64,000 nucleotides of DNA from Polyangiaceae bacterium (GTDB lineage Bacteria > Myxococcota_A > Polyangia > Polyangiales > Polyangiaceae): contig JANRKO010000006.1 of NCBI GenBank assembly GCA_033763455.1, positions 480,001 through 544,000 of the forward strand. The letters run 5' to 3'. How positions within the stretch are numbered: position 1 is the stretch's first letter; each line of letters opens with the position of its first letter. Positions 1-11,018 of the stretch are shown piece by piece. The position numbers and the translations under genes were made by a program. The notes beneath the pieces were generated by a model, which had not been told where the DNA came from, made no database searches, and saw nothing but the letters and a program-made list of their open reading frames with translations.

Positions 1-3000
1 AGCGGCTCGTCCACCAAGATTTGCGCGTGGCATTCGCGGGCTTTCTGGAAGTATTTGTCCAGATCGGTCGCGTAAAGCTCGCTCAAGCTCAGCAAAAGTT
101 CGCGATTGTCGGGCGCTAGGGTACGCGCGGCCTCAAGGGCATCAATGGCCTTGCCGATGTCTTTGAGCTTGTGTTGGTAGAGGTCACCGAGTTCGAGCAA
201 GGTGGCGAGCATGCCGGCGTGGTCGTCTGCTTGCGCTTTGAAGCGCCGCTTGAGCAAGCGCTCGATCTTCACCGTGTCGTCGGCGGCTTGGTATATAGCC
301 AGCGCCTCCTGCTCGGAACGTTTGAGTTCCGGGTCGAGCGCCATGACTTGCTCATAGAGCGAAATTGCGCGTTCTGGGTCGGCCAGCTCCTTGTGTACCA
401 CAATCGCAGCCGTCTGCAGGTACTTGGCCTTCTGCTTTGCGTCATCCACGAAACCCGCAAGCCGGAGCACGATATCCACCAGCTTCTCCCAGTCTTTCTC
501 CTCGCTGTAGAGCTGCATCAGCTTGGTGAGCAGGCGCCTATCATCTGGGCGTTCCTCCAATGCCGCCACCAAAAGCCCGGTCGCCCGCGGCCGATCTGAA
601 AGCTTGGACGCCGCGATGTCCCCGATGTGTGTCAAAAGGTCGGTGCGCGCATCGCCCGAAAGCAGATCGAGTTGGCGGCTGCGGATACGAATGGCCGCTT
701 CCCAATCACCCAACTCTTCAAGGGCTTTGCCCCACGCTTCCAGCACTTTAACGTTGGCGTAGTCGAGATCGGCCGCTTTTGCGAAGGAGCTTGCCGCGTC
801 TTGGGCACGCCCTTCGCGGCTGAGAGAGAGGCCGTAGAATAGATAAGCACGGCCGAGGTTCTCCTCGCTCAACTCGTGCGGGAAGCGCTTGAAGAGGTCT
901 TCGTAAAGCTCAATAGCTTTCTTGGAGCTACCGTGTTCGGCCGCAATTTGGGCGATCTGATTGAGAATGGCGCTATCATTCGGAGCCATTCGTCGCAGGT
1001 TATCGATGATGGGAGCGGCCTCCTCGCTCGCGTCCGTACGCCCAAGGGCATCGACGTAGCGGGTCAAGATGGTGACCGCTTCAGCTCGCGGCAGTCGGTC
1101 CGCGCGGCTCGCAATAGGCCTGTAGTAGTTGGCAGCTTCCAGGAAGCGTTCGGCGTCAAATGCGAGGTGCCCAAGTACCGCTTGCGCGCGGATGTTGTCC
1201 TTTTGAAGGCCCAGGGCTTTTTGCGCCAGGCGTTCAGCATCAACCGCATTGTTGAGTTGTGAATAGGTGAGCCAAGAGACTTCTCCGAGCACATCGGCCT
1301 TGTCCTGGTCCGAATTCTTATAGTCCAGTTGGCGTGTGAGCAGGGTGATTACCGCGTGCACGTCACCTCGTTCGGTGTAAGCGGCAGCCAAAGCTTCGCT
1401 CGCTGGGGCGAAATCGCTGGCGGCTTCGAGTGCTTGCTCCAAATATTGGATTTGCAGGTCGAGCTCGTGGCGCAACTCCATCAGCTTGGCGGCGCGCACA
1501 AACTGTTCAGCACGCGCTTTAGGGTCTGTCGCTTTGTCAGCGAGTGCCAGCACTGCCTGCAACGCTCGGTCGGAATCCCCCGAAGTTTCCTTCAATCGAG
1601 CCAGTGCCTCTAGCGCTCCCTGGTGCGTTGGGTCGAGTGCGAGCACGCGTTCATACGCGTCGCTGGCTCGGGCTTCAGCGTGAAGCTCGTCGGTTAACAT
1701 GCGCCCGAGGGCGAGCAGATGTTCGATTTGGCGAGCCGGGACGTGGCTTTGGGCAACCTGCCGCTCGTAAATGTCGGCCACATCTTCCCAGCGGTCCAAA
1801 ACCCTGTAGTGGCGTCCGAGTGCAATGAACGCCTCCTCGTTGTTGTCGTCGATCTCTAACACCTGCTCCCACAGGCTCGCGGCTTCGGCGTGGTTCAAGA
1901 ATTCTTCGTCGTAGATAGCCGCCAGCCGTTGCAAGAAGTTGAGCTTCTGGCGCGGTGTAGCGGCCAGGCCGAGCTGTGCTTTCAAGTTTTCGATGAGCTC
2001 GTGGTAGCGTCCAGCGCGGCTAAAAATGCGCTCCAGGCCCCTGAGCGCGTCCAGGTTCCCCGCATCTAGCCGCAGCACTTCACGGAATTGTTCGATCGCA
2101 AGATCGTCGGAGCTTAGCGCATCTTCGAATACTTCACCCAAACGCAAGAGCGTGCGGAGCTTTTCCTCCTGGGGTTGGGTGCGTGCTTGTTGGCTTAGAA
2201 GCTCAGCCAGCCGTTTGTAGTCTTTGGAGGCCTCGGCAATTCGGATGAGTGCCGAAGTAGCCGCATGGGTCGGGTCTTCTGCCGCTACCTCTTCGTACAG
2301 CGACTTAGCCGCGCCAACGTCGTTCAGTTGCACTTCGTGCACTTCGGCGCACTGGGCCTTCAGATCGCGCCGTTCGGACGGCGTGTGAGCCGCATCTGCC
2401 CAGCGGCTAAGCACTAGGGTGAGTTCTGGCCACTGCTTGGCGCGTCGATAGATCCGTGCCATTCCACCGAGAGCCGCGACATTGGCAGGGTCGGTGACGA
2501 CAACACTCTGGAAGCAACCGAGCGCGTGGTCGTCCGCCTTCACCTTGTCGAGGTACCAGGAGCCAGCACGGCACAGCAGGCGTACTTTGGCATCACCGTC
2601 CGTGGCAGGGTCGCCAACGGTCGTTGCGATGGCGGTTAGAACGTCGGTGTAGCGTCGAGCGTCGTCACCTGCGAGCTCTTCGATATGATCGGCGTAACGG
2701 CTTTCGCTGGGGGCCTCGCAGAAGGCCTGAGTGTAGGCAAAAATGGCTTGTTCCGGGTCATTCACCTCGTCCCTGTAAATCTGAGCCATCTCTGCCAAGA
2801 GGCGCGCGCGCTCGGCTGCGCTATCAGCCACTTCTACGCGCCCGAGCAACCCCTCCAACACCTCTTCATGCTTTCCGAGTTGGCGCAAAAGCTCGGAAAG
2901 AGCGGTCTGCGCGCCGGCATCTTCTGGAGCCAACTCCAAAATTGCACGGTAGGCGTGCTCAGCCCGTTGGGGGAGCTTAGCCGCGTGCGCAAACAACCGA

Positions 3001-4328
3001 GCAGCGCGGAACAACAAGCTCTTGGCGGCCTCCAGAGCCTTCGGATCTTGAGCGTTTTCGCGGAGGCGTCCGGCAGCCGCTAAGAACGCCTCGGCGATAC
3101 GTTCGGGATCAGCCCCGTCGTCCAGGGTTGATTCTAGGGCGAGAGCGGCATCTCGGTTTTCGGGTTCAGCGAGCAGTAGGTTGATGCGTTCAACTAGCTG
3201 ATCGTCGGTGATGATACTGCGGCGTGAGCGCGTTCGATCCAGATCGTCGAGGGCGTTTAGCACCTCGGCGGCCGAACGTAGCCGTGCCTCGGGCTTTTTG
3301 GCCAAGAGGCGCAAAATAAGCTCATCCACGTGGCTCGCCACCGAGATGGCTTTGGCTTTCGCGCTCGGCGCCGGCGGGGCCTGCTCCAGGTGTGCGAGCA
3401 GAGCTTCAAAAGCGCTCTTGCCTCCGAACACCGGTTCGCCCACGAGCGTTTGGTAAAAGATCGCTCCGAGGGCATAGACATCGCTCCGGATGTCCGACGA
3501 GAGCCCGCGGATCTGTTCGGGAGCTGTGGTGGCGAGTGAATGCGAGTACCCTCGGTTCTCGACGCTGCCGTTAATATAGTAACCAAAACCAACCAAACGG
3601 TCGAGCCCCGCGTCTAGAAGGAGTGCTTGAGGCTGATGTGCCTCGCCAAACAAAAGCACGTTCTCCGGCTTTAAATTGCCGTGGCTCAGTTGGCGCTCGT
3701 GCAACGCGCCCAGCGGGAAGGCGATGGCTCGGATCACAGCGATGGCCTCCCCGAGGTTCAGAGGGCCCGAAGCGAGCCTATCCGCCAGAGTTTGCCCTTC
3801 AACGGCCCTCTGTACGATGCAGAACCAATCGCCGAGCTTCTGGATGGCTGCAATTTTTGGCAACCCAGGCTCTTTGAGTGACCCAATGAGTCGATTGAGC
3901 GTGAGCAAACGATTCAGGCCAGAGCGATCACGAGTTGCCGAGTGGCGCAGCACTTTGACGCGAAAGCTAGCAGCGCCGTCGGTTGCCAAATACGTGTCTG
4001 CAGCAGCGCTGTGCCCGAGCTTCTTCTTAAGCAGGTAGGCACCAAGCGAAGTGCCAATCTCCGGCTCTGAGACGAGATTCGTCTTGCCTTGAACCACAGC
4101 TAAAAGCTTGGGGCTCTCGCCCGGCTTGGCGGCGAGCACTGCGTCGCATAAGGCTTCCAGGGCGTCACTCTCCGAGCAGAACCGCGTGAGGGCAGTTGCG
4201 AATGATCCCGTTGCAGACTCTCCTCCCACTACTTCCGGGGCGAGACCAAGTAGGTCCCGGCTAAGGTTCAACATCTCGTCGAGCTCGAAGAGTCGCTCAA
4301 GCTCCGCTTGAAGCGTCGAATAGGTCAT
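1..4328 (-). CDS. Very large protein (>1440 aa, runs off left edge): short helical N-terminal domain, Ser/Thr kinase-like (pseudokinase) domain, long TPR array
   Basis: Absent from the ORF track because no stop lies in the window. Hand translation from ATG 4328 (AGAGGG upstream): MTYSTLQAELERLFELDEML..., HGNLKPENVLL, APEQIRG, SDVYALGAIFY, then TPR-like helices; the frame matches at 4328, 3683 and position 3. Confidence 0.85.
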   Translation of the reverse strand, partial: MTYSTLQAELERLFELDEMLNLSRDLLGLAPEVVGGESATGSFATALTRFCSESDALEALCDAVLAAKPGESPKLLAVVQGKTNLVSEPEIGTSLGAYLLKKKLGHSAAADTYLATDGAASFRVKVLRHSATRDRSGLNRLLTLNRLIGSLKEPGLPKIAAIQKLGDWFCIVQRAVEGQTLADRLASGPLNLGEAIAVIRAIAFPLGALHERQLSHGNLKPENVLLFGEAHQPQALLLDAGLDRLVGFGYYINGSVENRGYSHSLATTAPEQIRGLSSDIRSDVYALGAIFYQTLVGEPVFGGKSAFEALLAHLEQAPPAPSAKAKAISVASHVDELILRLLAKKPEARLRSAAEVLNALDDLDRTRSRRSIITDDQLVERINLLLAEPENRDAALALESTLDDGADPERIAEAFLAAAGRLRENAQDPKALEAAKSLLFRAARLFAHAAKLPQRAEHAYRAILELAPEDAGAQTALSELLRQLGKHEEVLEGLLGRVEVADSAAERARLLAEMAQIYRDEVNDPEQAIFAYTQAFCEAPSESRYADHIEELAGDDARRYTDVLTAIATTVGDPATDGDAKVRLLCRAGSWYLDKVKADDHALGCFQSVVVTDPANVAALGGMARIYRRAKQWPELTLVLSRWADAAHTPSERRDLKAQCAEVHEVQLNDVGAAKSLYEEVAAEDPTHAATSALIRIAEASKDYKRLAELLSQQARTQPQEEKLRTLLRLGEVFEDALSSDDLAIEQFREVLRLDAGNLDALRGLERIFSRAGRYHELIENLKAQLGLAATPRQKLNFLQRLAAIYDEEFLNHAEAASLWEQVLEIDDNNEEAFIALGRHYRVLDRWEDVADIYERQVAQSHVPARQIEHLLALGRMLTDELHAEARASDAYERVLALDPTHQGALEALARLKETSGDSDRALQAVLALADKATDPKARAEQFVRAAKLMELRHELDLQIQYLEQALEAASDFAPASEALAAAYTERGDVHAVITLLTRQLDYKNSDQDKADVLGEVSWLTYSQLNNAVDAERLAQKALGLQKDNIRAQAVLGHLAFDAERFLEAANYYRPIASRADRLPRAEAVTILTRYVDALGRTDASEEAAPIIDNLRRMAPNDSAILNQIAQIAAEHGSSKKAIELYEDLFKRFPHELSEENLGRAYLFYGLSLSREGRAQDAASSFAKAADLDYANVKVLEAWGKALEELGDWEAAIRIRSRQLDLLSGDARTDLLTHIGDIAASKLSDRPRATGLLVAALEERPDDRRLLTKLMQLYSEEKDWEKLVDIVLRLAGFVDDAKQKAKYLQTAAIVVHKELADPERAISLYEQVMALDPELKRSEQEALAIYQAADDTVKIERLLKRRFKAQADDHAGMLATLLELGDLYQHKLKDIGKAIDALEAARTLAPDNRELLLSLSELYATDLDKYFQKARECHAQILVDEP

Positions 4329-4488
4329 TGTGAGAATTCCCTCTTGGGGTGCGTGGGTTTCTTCCCCGGTAGGCTGGCCGGGGGCGGCATCATACTCGAT
4401 TGTTGGCCGGTTTATCGAAATCTTGAACAAGGAGCGTTTTCCGGGTCAGGCAAAAAACTTGGCCCGCACTGGCCGGCCTTGGTACTGG

Positions 4489-4785
4489 GTGAGCGTGAAC
4501 AAGTGGCCGCTCCGTGAACGGTTTCTCCCGTTGTTCGTGGTGATTGCAGCCATCGTCGCGGTGCCGGTGATGATCTTATCGCCGTCGGGACTTCCGCGGC
4601 TCCGCCAGCTCCGCCAGGAAAAAGTGACCGCGAACGATCAGATCGCAGGTCTTGAGCGCGAAATTATCGAGCTTAAGGAGCAGGTGCGGCGCGTCAAACA
4701 CGATCCCACGGAGCTTGAGCGCGTCGCGCGTGACGAAATTGGGCTAGTTCGTCGGACGGAAGTTGTCTTCCAGTTCAGCCGCTAG
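4489..4785 (+). CDS. ftsB: Septum formation initiator (FtsB/DivIC family)
   Basis: TM helix then coiled coil and DPTELERVARDEIGLVRRTEVVFQF motif; GTG start 4489 or 4495 chosen within ORF 4330..4785. Confidence 0.85.
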   Translation: MSVNKWPLRERFLPLFVVIAAIVAVPVMILSPSGLPRLRQLRQEKVTANDQIAGLEREIIELKEQVRRVKHDPTELERVARDEIGLVRRTEVVFQFSR

Positions 4786-4919
4786 CCTGGTCCGCCCTGG
4801 TGCCAGCGTAGGCGCCGAGGTTGATCAGCGAATGGGGCCCAGGCGAGCAAGATAGGGTATTTTTCGCCCTTGGATCCAGCGGTTCGACAGCTTGGCCGGG
4901 GCCCAGTTAGCATGTTCGG

Positions 4920-6062
4920 GTGACCGTTTCTCTCGCCCGCCGCCTGCTCCGCGGACGTGTGCTCCCCTCCACCGTGGTGGAATCCGCCTTGCTCCGCGCG
5001 TGCGCCGGAAAAGAGAGTTTGGTGCAGGTGCTCCTTGGTGAGGATGATGCGGCTATGCCTCTTGGGGCTTTTCTCGATCGGAGCGAGGCGCCCTTGATCG
5101 CCACCGTGAGAATCGTGCCAGAGCTCTTCGCGCAGCTGCCCGCGGGGATGGCTGAGCGTCTGATGGCGGTGCCGGTGCGGCGCGATCTGCGGTTGGGAAC
5201 GGTCGATGTGGCTGCGGTCGATCCAACTGACCCGCATATTGCTCAGGAATTCGCGTTTCATCTTCAAACGGCCATACGCATGCTCCGCGCGCCTTACTCG
5301 GCGTTAAGAGCCGCACTAGCTGGGTTAAGCCCGCAGTCCCTGGCGAACTCCAAGCCTCACGCTCTTGAAGTGGTGCCTGAGCTCACGCCGCCTGCGGCTC
5401 CTTACTCAGGGCCTCAGGCAAACGTAGGTTCCGAGCCGCCCGTCACCACTCGCGGAGTCCCGCCGGCACCGCAGGCTTCTTTCACGCCACCGCTTCCCAC
5501 CTTCGGGGTTCCCGAAGCAAAATCCCATCCCAGTGAACCAGCCATCCCGCTGGTGCGACGCTCGCTGCCCCCACCCGCTCGGGTGGGGCCTCCCGCGCTT
5601 CCGATCCAGACCGAGCCGCTCGCCGCAATCCGCGCTGCCCGCACTCTGCCAGAGGTGGTGGGGGCCTTGTGTCAAGCTGCATCAAACCTGGGGGCTCAGG
5701 TGATTGTTTATGCGGTGAAGGGGCAGAATTATCAAGCGCAGGGAAGCAGTGTTAAGGGCGTTGAGCTAAAAACGCTTGAGATATCAGTGCCGGCCACAAG
5801 CGTCCTCAGTGCTGCTTTGGAGCGTGGCTTCTATTTTGGTTCTCTGCCAGACACCGAGGCTCACGCTGGGCTCCGAAATGCGTTGGCGAGTACCGCCAAT
5901 TCCGAGCTTTATGCGCTCCCCATAAAGGTGGGGCAGCGGGCTGTGTTGGTGCTATTGGTGGCGGGCTTCGAGCACGCGTACGCAGTCACTCGACGTGCGG
6001 ATGCGTTGGCGCAAGTGGCCTCCCAGGTGCTCACGGAAATTGTGCGAACCGTCAAAAAGTAG
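4920..6062 (+). CDS. Protein with GspE/PilB N-terminal (T2SSE_N-like) domain, Pro-rich linker and C-terminal GAF-like domain
   Basis: LPAGMAERLMAVPVR...VDVAAVDP resembles T2SSE_N; central Pro-rich stretch; ALPIKVGQRAVLVLLV GAF-like end. Confidence 0.6.
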   Translation: MTVSLARRLLRGRVLPSTVVESALLRACAGKESLVQVLLGEDDAAMPLGAFLDRSEAPLIATVRIVPELFAQLPAGMAERLMAVPVRRDLRLGTVDVAAVDPTDPHIAQEFAFHLQTAIRMLRAPYSALRAALAGLSPQSLANSKPHALEVVPELTPPAAPYSGPQANVGSEPPVTTRGVPPAPQASFTPPLPTFGVPEAKSHPSEPAIPLVRRSLPPPARVGPPALPIQTEPLAAIRAARTLPEVVGALCQAASNLGAQVIVYAVKGQNYQAQGSSVKGVELKTLEISVPATSVLSAALERGFYFGSLPDTEAHAGLRNALASTANSELYALPIKVGQRAVLVLLVAGFEHAYAVTRRADALAQVASQVLTEIVRTVKK

Positions 6063-6065
6063 AAA

Positions 6066-8207
6066 ATGGTGAATCCCCCCCATAACCCTCACGCTGAGTG
6101 GGAAGCGCAGGCTCTTTCGGAACTCGATGGAAAGCCGCCGGCCTCGTTAGAGACCACCACTCGCGAGCAGATTGTGGTGAAGCCGCTCTACACGGCGGCA
6201 GACGTCGGAGGCACGAATCCCGAGCAGTTGTTCCCAGGCGTATTCCCGTACGTGCGTGGTCCGTACGCCACCATGCACGTGGGCAAACCCTGGACGATTC
6301 GCCAATACGCGGGGTTCTCCACGGCAGAGGCTTCGAATGAATTCTACAAGCAGGCGCTTGCGGGAGGCCAGCGGGGCCTCAGCGTGGCGTTCGATCTTGC
6401 GACACACCGGGGCTACGATAGCGATCACCCACGGGTTATAGGCGACGTCGGCAAAGCTGGAGTGGCCATCGATTCCGTCGAGGACATGAAGGCGCTTTTT
6501 CAGGACATCGATCTCGCGAAAATTAGTGTCTCCATGACGATGAACGGTGCGGTATTGCCCGTGCTTGCCGCATTCATTGTAGCAGCTGAAGAGTCTGGGG
6601 TTGAAGCGACCAAGCTGCGCGGGACCATTCAGAATGACATTCTGAAAGAGTTCATGGTGCGCAACACGTATATTTACCCGCCCGAGCCATCGCTCCGCAT
6701 CGTGGCAGACGTTATCGACTACGTGAGTCGAGAAATGCCTAATTTTAACTCGATTTCTATCTCGGGCTACCACATGCACGAGGCGGGGGCCCCTGCCGAT
6801 CTTGAGCTCGCGTTCACGCTGGCAGATGGGATTGAATACGTGCGCACGGCTCTATCGAAGGGCCTCGGGGTCGACGAGTTTGCTCCTCGGCTTTCGTTCT
6901 TCTTCGCTGTGGGGATGGATCTGTTCATGGAGGTAGCCAAGCTGCGGGCGGCGAGGAAAATCTGGGCCACTGAGATGGAACGCCTATTTCAGCCGAAGGA
7001 TCCCCGTTCGCTCCTGCTCCGCACCCACTGCCAAACCTCAGGCGTGAGCCTGGCACAGCGAGATCCTCTGAACAACATCGTGCGCACCACGGTTGAGGCA
7101 CTTGCCGCCGTACTCGGCGGAACGCAGAGCTTGCACACGAACGGTTATGATGAAGCCGTGAGTTTGCCCACGGACACCGCTGCCCGAATCGCTCGCAACA
7201 CGCAGCTCATCTTGCAGCATGAAACAGGCATTACCAGAACAGCCGATCCTTTGGGCGGCTCCTACCTCGTCGAAGCCCTCACCGAAGGCCTCGTTCAGCG
7301 CGCCAAGGTTGTGATGGCTGAGGTGGAAGCCTTGGGAGGGATGCGCGTGGCTGTGCAGCAGGGCTTCCCCAAACAAATGATAGAGCGAGCGGCCACGCTT
7401 CGGCAGGGCCAGATCGATAGGGGGGAAGAGGTCGTAATTGGGGTCAATCGTTACGTAGCGTCGGAGGCCGAGCCCGTGGAGGTACGGGTGATTGACAATG
7501 AAGCGGTAAGAGCCACCCAAGTTCAACGGCTGAGGCAGCTGAAGCTGGCCCGCAACGCCGAGGCCGTCCAAAAAGCTCTTTTGGCCCTCACGGATGCGGC
7601 CAGAAGTGGCGCGGCCAACCTCTTGAAGCTCAGCGTTCAAGCCATGCGCGTTCGTGCTACAGTGGGTGAGGTTTCGCTCGCTCTTGAGCAGGTTTACGGA
7701 CGCTATGAAGCGCACATCCCCACCGTGAAAGGCGTGTATGGCGGCCCGCTCTTTAAAGATCCTGAGTGGCAGGGGTTGCGGTCGCGTGTGTCCGAATTTG
7801 CGCTAGCAGAAGGGCGGCAGCCTCGCATTCTGATCGTGAAGTTGGGGCAAGACGGCCACGATCGCGGAGCGCGCTTGATGGCAGCAGGCCTGGCCGATCT
7901 CGGGTTCGATGTAGATGTGGGCCCGCTTTTCTCAACGCCGGGGGAGGCGGCGGCCCAGGCGGTGGACAACGACGTTCACGTCGTGGGCGTGTCGACCCAG
8001 GCAGGTGCGCACCTCACGCTCGTGAGCGAATTGCTGTCAGAGCTTTCGAGTCGCGGTGCCAGCAATATCGCCGTGGTCTGTGGGGGCATTATTCCTCCCG
8101 CCGATCACTCCGTGTTGTTAAGCCGTGGTGTGAAAGCCATATTTGGTCCCGGAGCGCGTGTGGCCGAAGCCGCCTCCACCATTCTCAACGCCCTGGGCGC
8201 CAAGTAG
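6066..8207 (+). CDS. scpA: Methylmalonyl-CoA mutase (adenosylcobalamin-dependent)
   Basis: [32 protein letters not shown]12-binding DGHDRG motif; 713 aa. Confidence 0.97.
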   Translation: MVNPPHNPHAEWEAQALSELDGKPPASLETTTREQIVVKPLYTAADVGGTNPEQLFPGVFPYVRGPYATMHVGKPWTIRQYAGFSTAEASNEFYKQALAGGQRGLSVAFDLATHRGYDSDHPRVIGDVGKAGVAIDSVEDMKALFQDIDLAKISVSMTMNGAVLPVLAAFIVAAEESGVEATKLRGTIQNDILKEFMVRNTYIYPPEPSLRIVADVIDYVSREMPNFNSISISGYHMHEAGAPADLELAFTLADGIEYVRTALSKGLGVDEFAPRLSFFFAVGMDLFMEVAKLRAARKIWATEMERLFQPKDPRSLLLRTHCQTSGVSLAQRDPLNNIVRTTVEALAAVLGGTQSLHTNGYDEAVSLPTDTAARIARNTQLILQHETGITRTADPLGGSYLVEALTEGLVQRAKVVMAEVEALGGMRVAVQQGFPKQMIERAATLRQGQIDRGEEVVIGVNRYVASEAEPVEVRVIDNEAVRATQVQRLRQLKLARNAEAVQKALLALTDAARSGAANLLKLSVQAMRVRATVGEVSLALEQVYGRYEAHIPTVKGVYGGPLFKDPEWQGLRSRVSEFALAEGRQPRILIVKLGQDGHDRGARLMAAGLADLGFDVDVGPLFSTPGEAAAQAVDNDVHVVGVSTQAGAHLTLVSELLSELSSRGASNIAVVCGGIIPPADHSVLLSRGVKAIFGPGARVAEAASTILNALGAK

Positions 8208-8209
8208 CT

Positions 8210-9196
8210 GTGAGTACGTTAGAGTCACCAAAGGCACTGGCGGAGGCCCTTGGTCGAGGCGATAGGCGCGCTCTCTCTAAAGCTATTACTCTGATCGAAA
8301 GCACCACCGCGGAAGACAGAGCTCGGGCCGTGGAGCTCCTGGGGACGCTCCCAAAGCGCGAACACCCTGCGTTTCGGTTGGCCATTACCGGGCCGCCAGG
8401 CGCCGGCAAAAGTACGCTGATCGATCAGCTGGGCCTAGAGGTGCTAGCCAGTCGGCAACGCCTCAGTGTGCTCACTATTGATCCCAGCAGCCGAATCTCG
8501 GGTGGCAGCATTTTAGGCGACAAAACGCGCATGAGTCGGCTCTTGGCCGAGCCGAACGTTTTTGTTCGGCCGAGCCCTTCGGGGAGTGCGGGAGGTGGGG
8601 TGGCGGAGCGAACGCGCGAAGCGATGCGCTTGTGTGAGGCGGCGGGCTTTGACGTAGTGATGGTCGAAACAGTGGGCGTGGGGCAGGGGGAGCTCGCGGT
8701 GCGCGACATGGTGGATGTGTGCCTGGTGGTGCTGCTCGCCGGGGCGGGGGATGAGCTCACGAGCATTAAGCGCGGGGTGCTGGAGGTGGGGGATGTGTTC
8801 GTGGTGAACAAGGCAGATGGTGCGGGCATGGCCGCCGCAGAAGCCGCTCGTGGCATGTATGCATCCACGTTGAGCATGCTGCTTGGCAGCTCCTCCTTGG
8901 TGCTCGCCGCAAGCGGGCTTACGGGCTTGGGAATGCCGGAGGTGTGGGCGGCGGTTTCGGAGAAGTTCCGATCGCTCCAAGCATCAGGCGAATTGTTTTC
9001 TTTGCGGGCCTCGCAGAGTGAGCGCTGGTTTGACGAGCTGTTGGCAGAGGAGGCCGTGGCCGCATTTCTCGAAACCCGAGGAGCGGAAGAGGCTCGCCGC
9101 GAAGCTCTCCAACTGGTGCGCCAGGGCTCGCTCGATGCGTTCGCAGCCGCACGGCGTGTACTAGAACGGCTCCAAGCAACGCGGAAAGGCACCTAG
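8210..9196 (+). CDS. meaB: Mutase-associated GTPase MeaB/ArgK
   Basis: [35 protein letters not shown] directly after the mutase stop. Confidence 0.93.
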   Translation: MSTLESPKALAEALGRGDRRALSKAITLIESTTAEDRARAVELLGTLPKREHPAFRLAITGPPGAGKSTLIDQLGLEVLASRQRLSVLTIDPSSRISGGSILGDKTRMSRLLAEPNVFVRPSPSGSAGGGVAERTREAMRLCEAAGFDVVMVETVGVGQGELAVRDMVDVCLVVLLAGAGDELTSIKRGVLEVGDVFVVNKADGAGMAAAEAARGMYASTLSMLLGSSSLVLAASGLTGLGMPEVWAAVSEKFRSLQASGELFSLRASQSERWFDELLAEEAVAAFLETRGAEEARREALQLVRQGSLDAFAAARRVLERLQATRKGT

Positions 9197-9669
9197 GGCG
9201 TTAGCAACTCGGCGGGGGCTTGCACGAGCTCAATGAGCACGCCCTCACCACTCAGTGGTTCCTCTGCGCTGCCTCTGGGGTGAATGAAACACACGTCGTG
9301 CCCCGACGCGCCCTTTCGAATGCCTCCGGGCGCAAACCTTACTCCACGCCTTGTAAGCCACGCCACCGCGGCTTCCAGGTTATCCACCCAAAGCCCAATA
9401 TGATTGAGTACCGGCTCGTGCACCTTGGGCCGTCGATTGGCATCGAACGGCTGCATGAGATCGATTTCTACGCGGGCGGCCCCCTGTCCAACCTCCAGCA
9501 AATCTTCGATCACGTTTTCGGTCTCACTCTGATACGTGCCAATGCGGCGGAGCCCCAGTAATTCCACCCAAAGGTGTGTAAGCGCGCTTCGGTCGAGCGC
9601 GCCCATGGCGATCTGCTGCACGCCGAGAATGCGGAAAGGCCGCTCCCCTTGGGGCAATCCCTCTGTCAC
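9193..9669 (-). CDS. mce: VOC/glyoxalase-family protein, probable methylmalonyl-CoA epimerase
   Basis: QQIA...IDLMQP...LNHIGLWVD...CFIHP...GVLIELVQ; adjacent to mutase and meaB. Confidence 0.75.
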   Translation of the reverse strand: MTEGLPQGERPFRILGVQQIAMGALDRSALTHLWVELLGLRRIGTYQSETENVIEDLLEVGQGAARVEIDLMQPFDANRRPKVHEPVLNHIGLWVDNLEAAVAWLTRRGVRFAPGGIRKGASGHDVCFIHPRGSAEEPLSGEGVLIELVQAPAELLTP

Positions 9670-10469
9670 AGCGCGGGGGTGCGCCCCTGAACGCCCAGCT
9701 GCACTTCGAGGTTGCTGCTCAATGAACGTATCACCGCGGTGGTCATGCCGGCGGCCAGGAAAAATCCCACATTTTCCTGCAATTCCACCTGAAGGCCTCC
9801 CCCCACGTGAAAAGCCAAGTCTTTTTTGTATTCGAAGTTTTGGTACTCGGGGTTGCTGCCGCCGCCTTCAAGCTCCCAAGCCACTGCGGGCTCGAAAAAC
9901 ACTTTCAAGCGAGCGTCGCTCATATTGTAGATGCGGGTTCCGATACCGATTAGCTTCAGGGGCTTGGTGTTCGTTTCAGGTTCACTGCTCAAACCAAAGC
10001 GCCCCCAAGCGAAAGGCTCCAAGCTGTCGGTTACGGCGAAGCTCAGGGCACTCTCCAACGCATAGGGCGCTTGGTGCCCACAGAACTTCTGCTTCTCACC
10101 TTCATCTTTCGAGGGTTGTTTGCAAAAAGCGCTATCGCCGGAATAGCGAAACACCATGCGAAGCCCACCCACGCCGCCCATACGCAAGCCGAAGCGAAAA
10201 CGATGTCCGAAGTCATCGCCTTTGGCGGCCGGGGTCGGCTCTTCTGTGGCTCTTGTGTCAGGCTTGGCGGACGGAGCTTTCTCGACGCTTTCGGCGCTCA
10301 CGTTCCGAACCGGTTGTGCGTCGGCCGACGCAGCGTCTTTGGCGGACTTCCCGGCCGAGCTTGGCACGTCGGCTTCAGCAGCCTGTGCGGACACACCGTG
10401 CGCGAAGACGAAGAGGGTGGCCAAAGCTACGAATGAAGTTCGAAGGGCCAGTTTCTTCCGGAGCGACAT
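9666..10469 (-). CDS. Secreted, probable outer-membrane beta-barrel protein
   Basis: Signal peptide (VSAQA), low-complexity linker, alternating hydrophobic strands, terminal [10 protein letters not shown]. Confidence 0.6.
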   Translation of the reverse strand: MSLRKKLALRTSFVALATLFVFAHGVSAQAAEADVPSSAGKSAKDAASADAQPVRNVSAESVEKAPSAKPDTRATEEPTPAAKGDDFGHRFRFGLRMGGVGGLRMVFRYSGDSAFCKQPSKDEGEKQKFCGHQAPYALESALSFAVTDSLEPFAWGRFGLSSEPETNTKPLKLIGIGTRIYNMSDARLKVFFEPAVAWELEGGGSNPEYQNFEYKKDLAFHVGGGLQVELQENVGFFLAAGMTTAVIRSLSSNLEVQLGVQGRTPAL

Positions 10470-10642
10470 GGGCGCGGAGTGTAGCGGTGGGCAGAGGTTT
10501 TCGGGAAGGCGTGGGGCTGGGTGCTCGACCGTGCCCCAGCATTCTCCCGCGCCTAGGCGTTTTTGGCTGAACCGGCGGTTGTATAAGCCTTCGCTGCAAG
10601 AGGAAATTCACTCTCTGGAAGAAACCGGGTAGTCTGACAGCT

Positions 10643-11005
10643 ATGTTCAAAGAGTCGCTTCAGGGGATTGTCGATGGGACCGATGGAGGCCTTGCGGGGC
10701 TGCTCATGGACTTCGAGGGGATCCCGCTGGAGGTCTACACGCGGCACGAGGCTCCCTTTGACATGGAGGCCGTGGGTGCTGAAGTGAGCGTGGTGGTGAA
10801 GTCGATTCAGCGCGCCACCGAAATGCTCGAAGCCGGGGAGACCACCGAGGTGGCCTTTAAGAGTGACAAGCTCACGACTGTGATTCGCGTCATCAACGGG
10901 ACTTACTTCATGGCGGTGACACTTCAGCCCGACGGTAACCTGGGCAAAGCCAGGTACCTCATGCGCGTCTGCGCGCCAAAGTTGAAAAAAGAACTGGAAG
11001 CGTAA
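10643..11005 (+). CDS. mglC: Roadblock/LC7 protein, MglC-like polarity regulator
   Basis: 120 aa; MDFEGI and C-terminal DGNLGKARYLMRVCAPKLKKEL resemble my recollection of M. xanthus MglC; upstream of accBC. Confidence 0.75.
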   Translation: MFKESLQGIVDGTDGGLAGLLMDFEGIPLEVYTRHEAPFDMEAVGAEVSVVVKSIQRATEMLEAGETTEVAFKSDKLTTVIRVINGTYFMAVTLQPDGNLGKARYLMRVCAPKLKKELEA

Positions 11006-11018
11006 TTCCGAGGCTAAG

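Noticed and set aside
171..4311. Many short plus-strand ORFs
   Set aside because: Antisense shadows of the long minus-strand kinase-TPR gene
7766..8209. N-terminal extension of MeaB (476-aa ORF)
   Set aside because: Overlaps the mutase in another frame; family similarity begins at GTG 8210
9536..10570. 344-aa plus-strand ORF
   Set aside because: Arg/Ser-rich antisense shadow of two minus-strand genes
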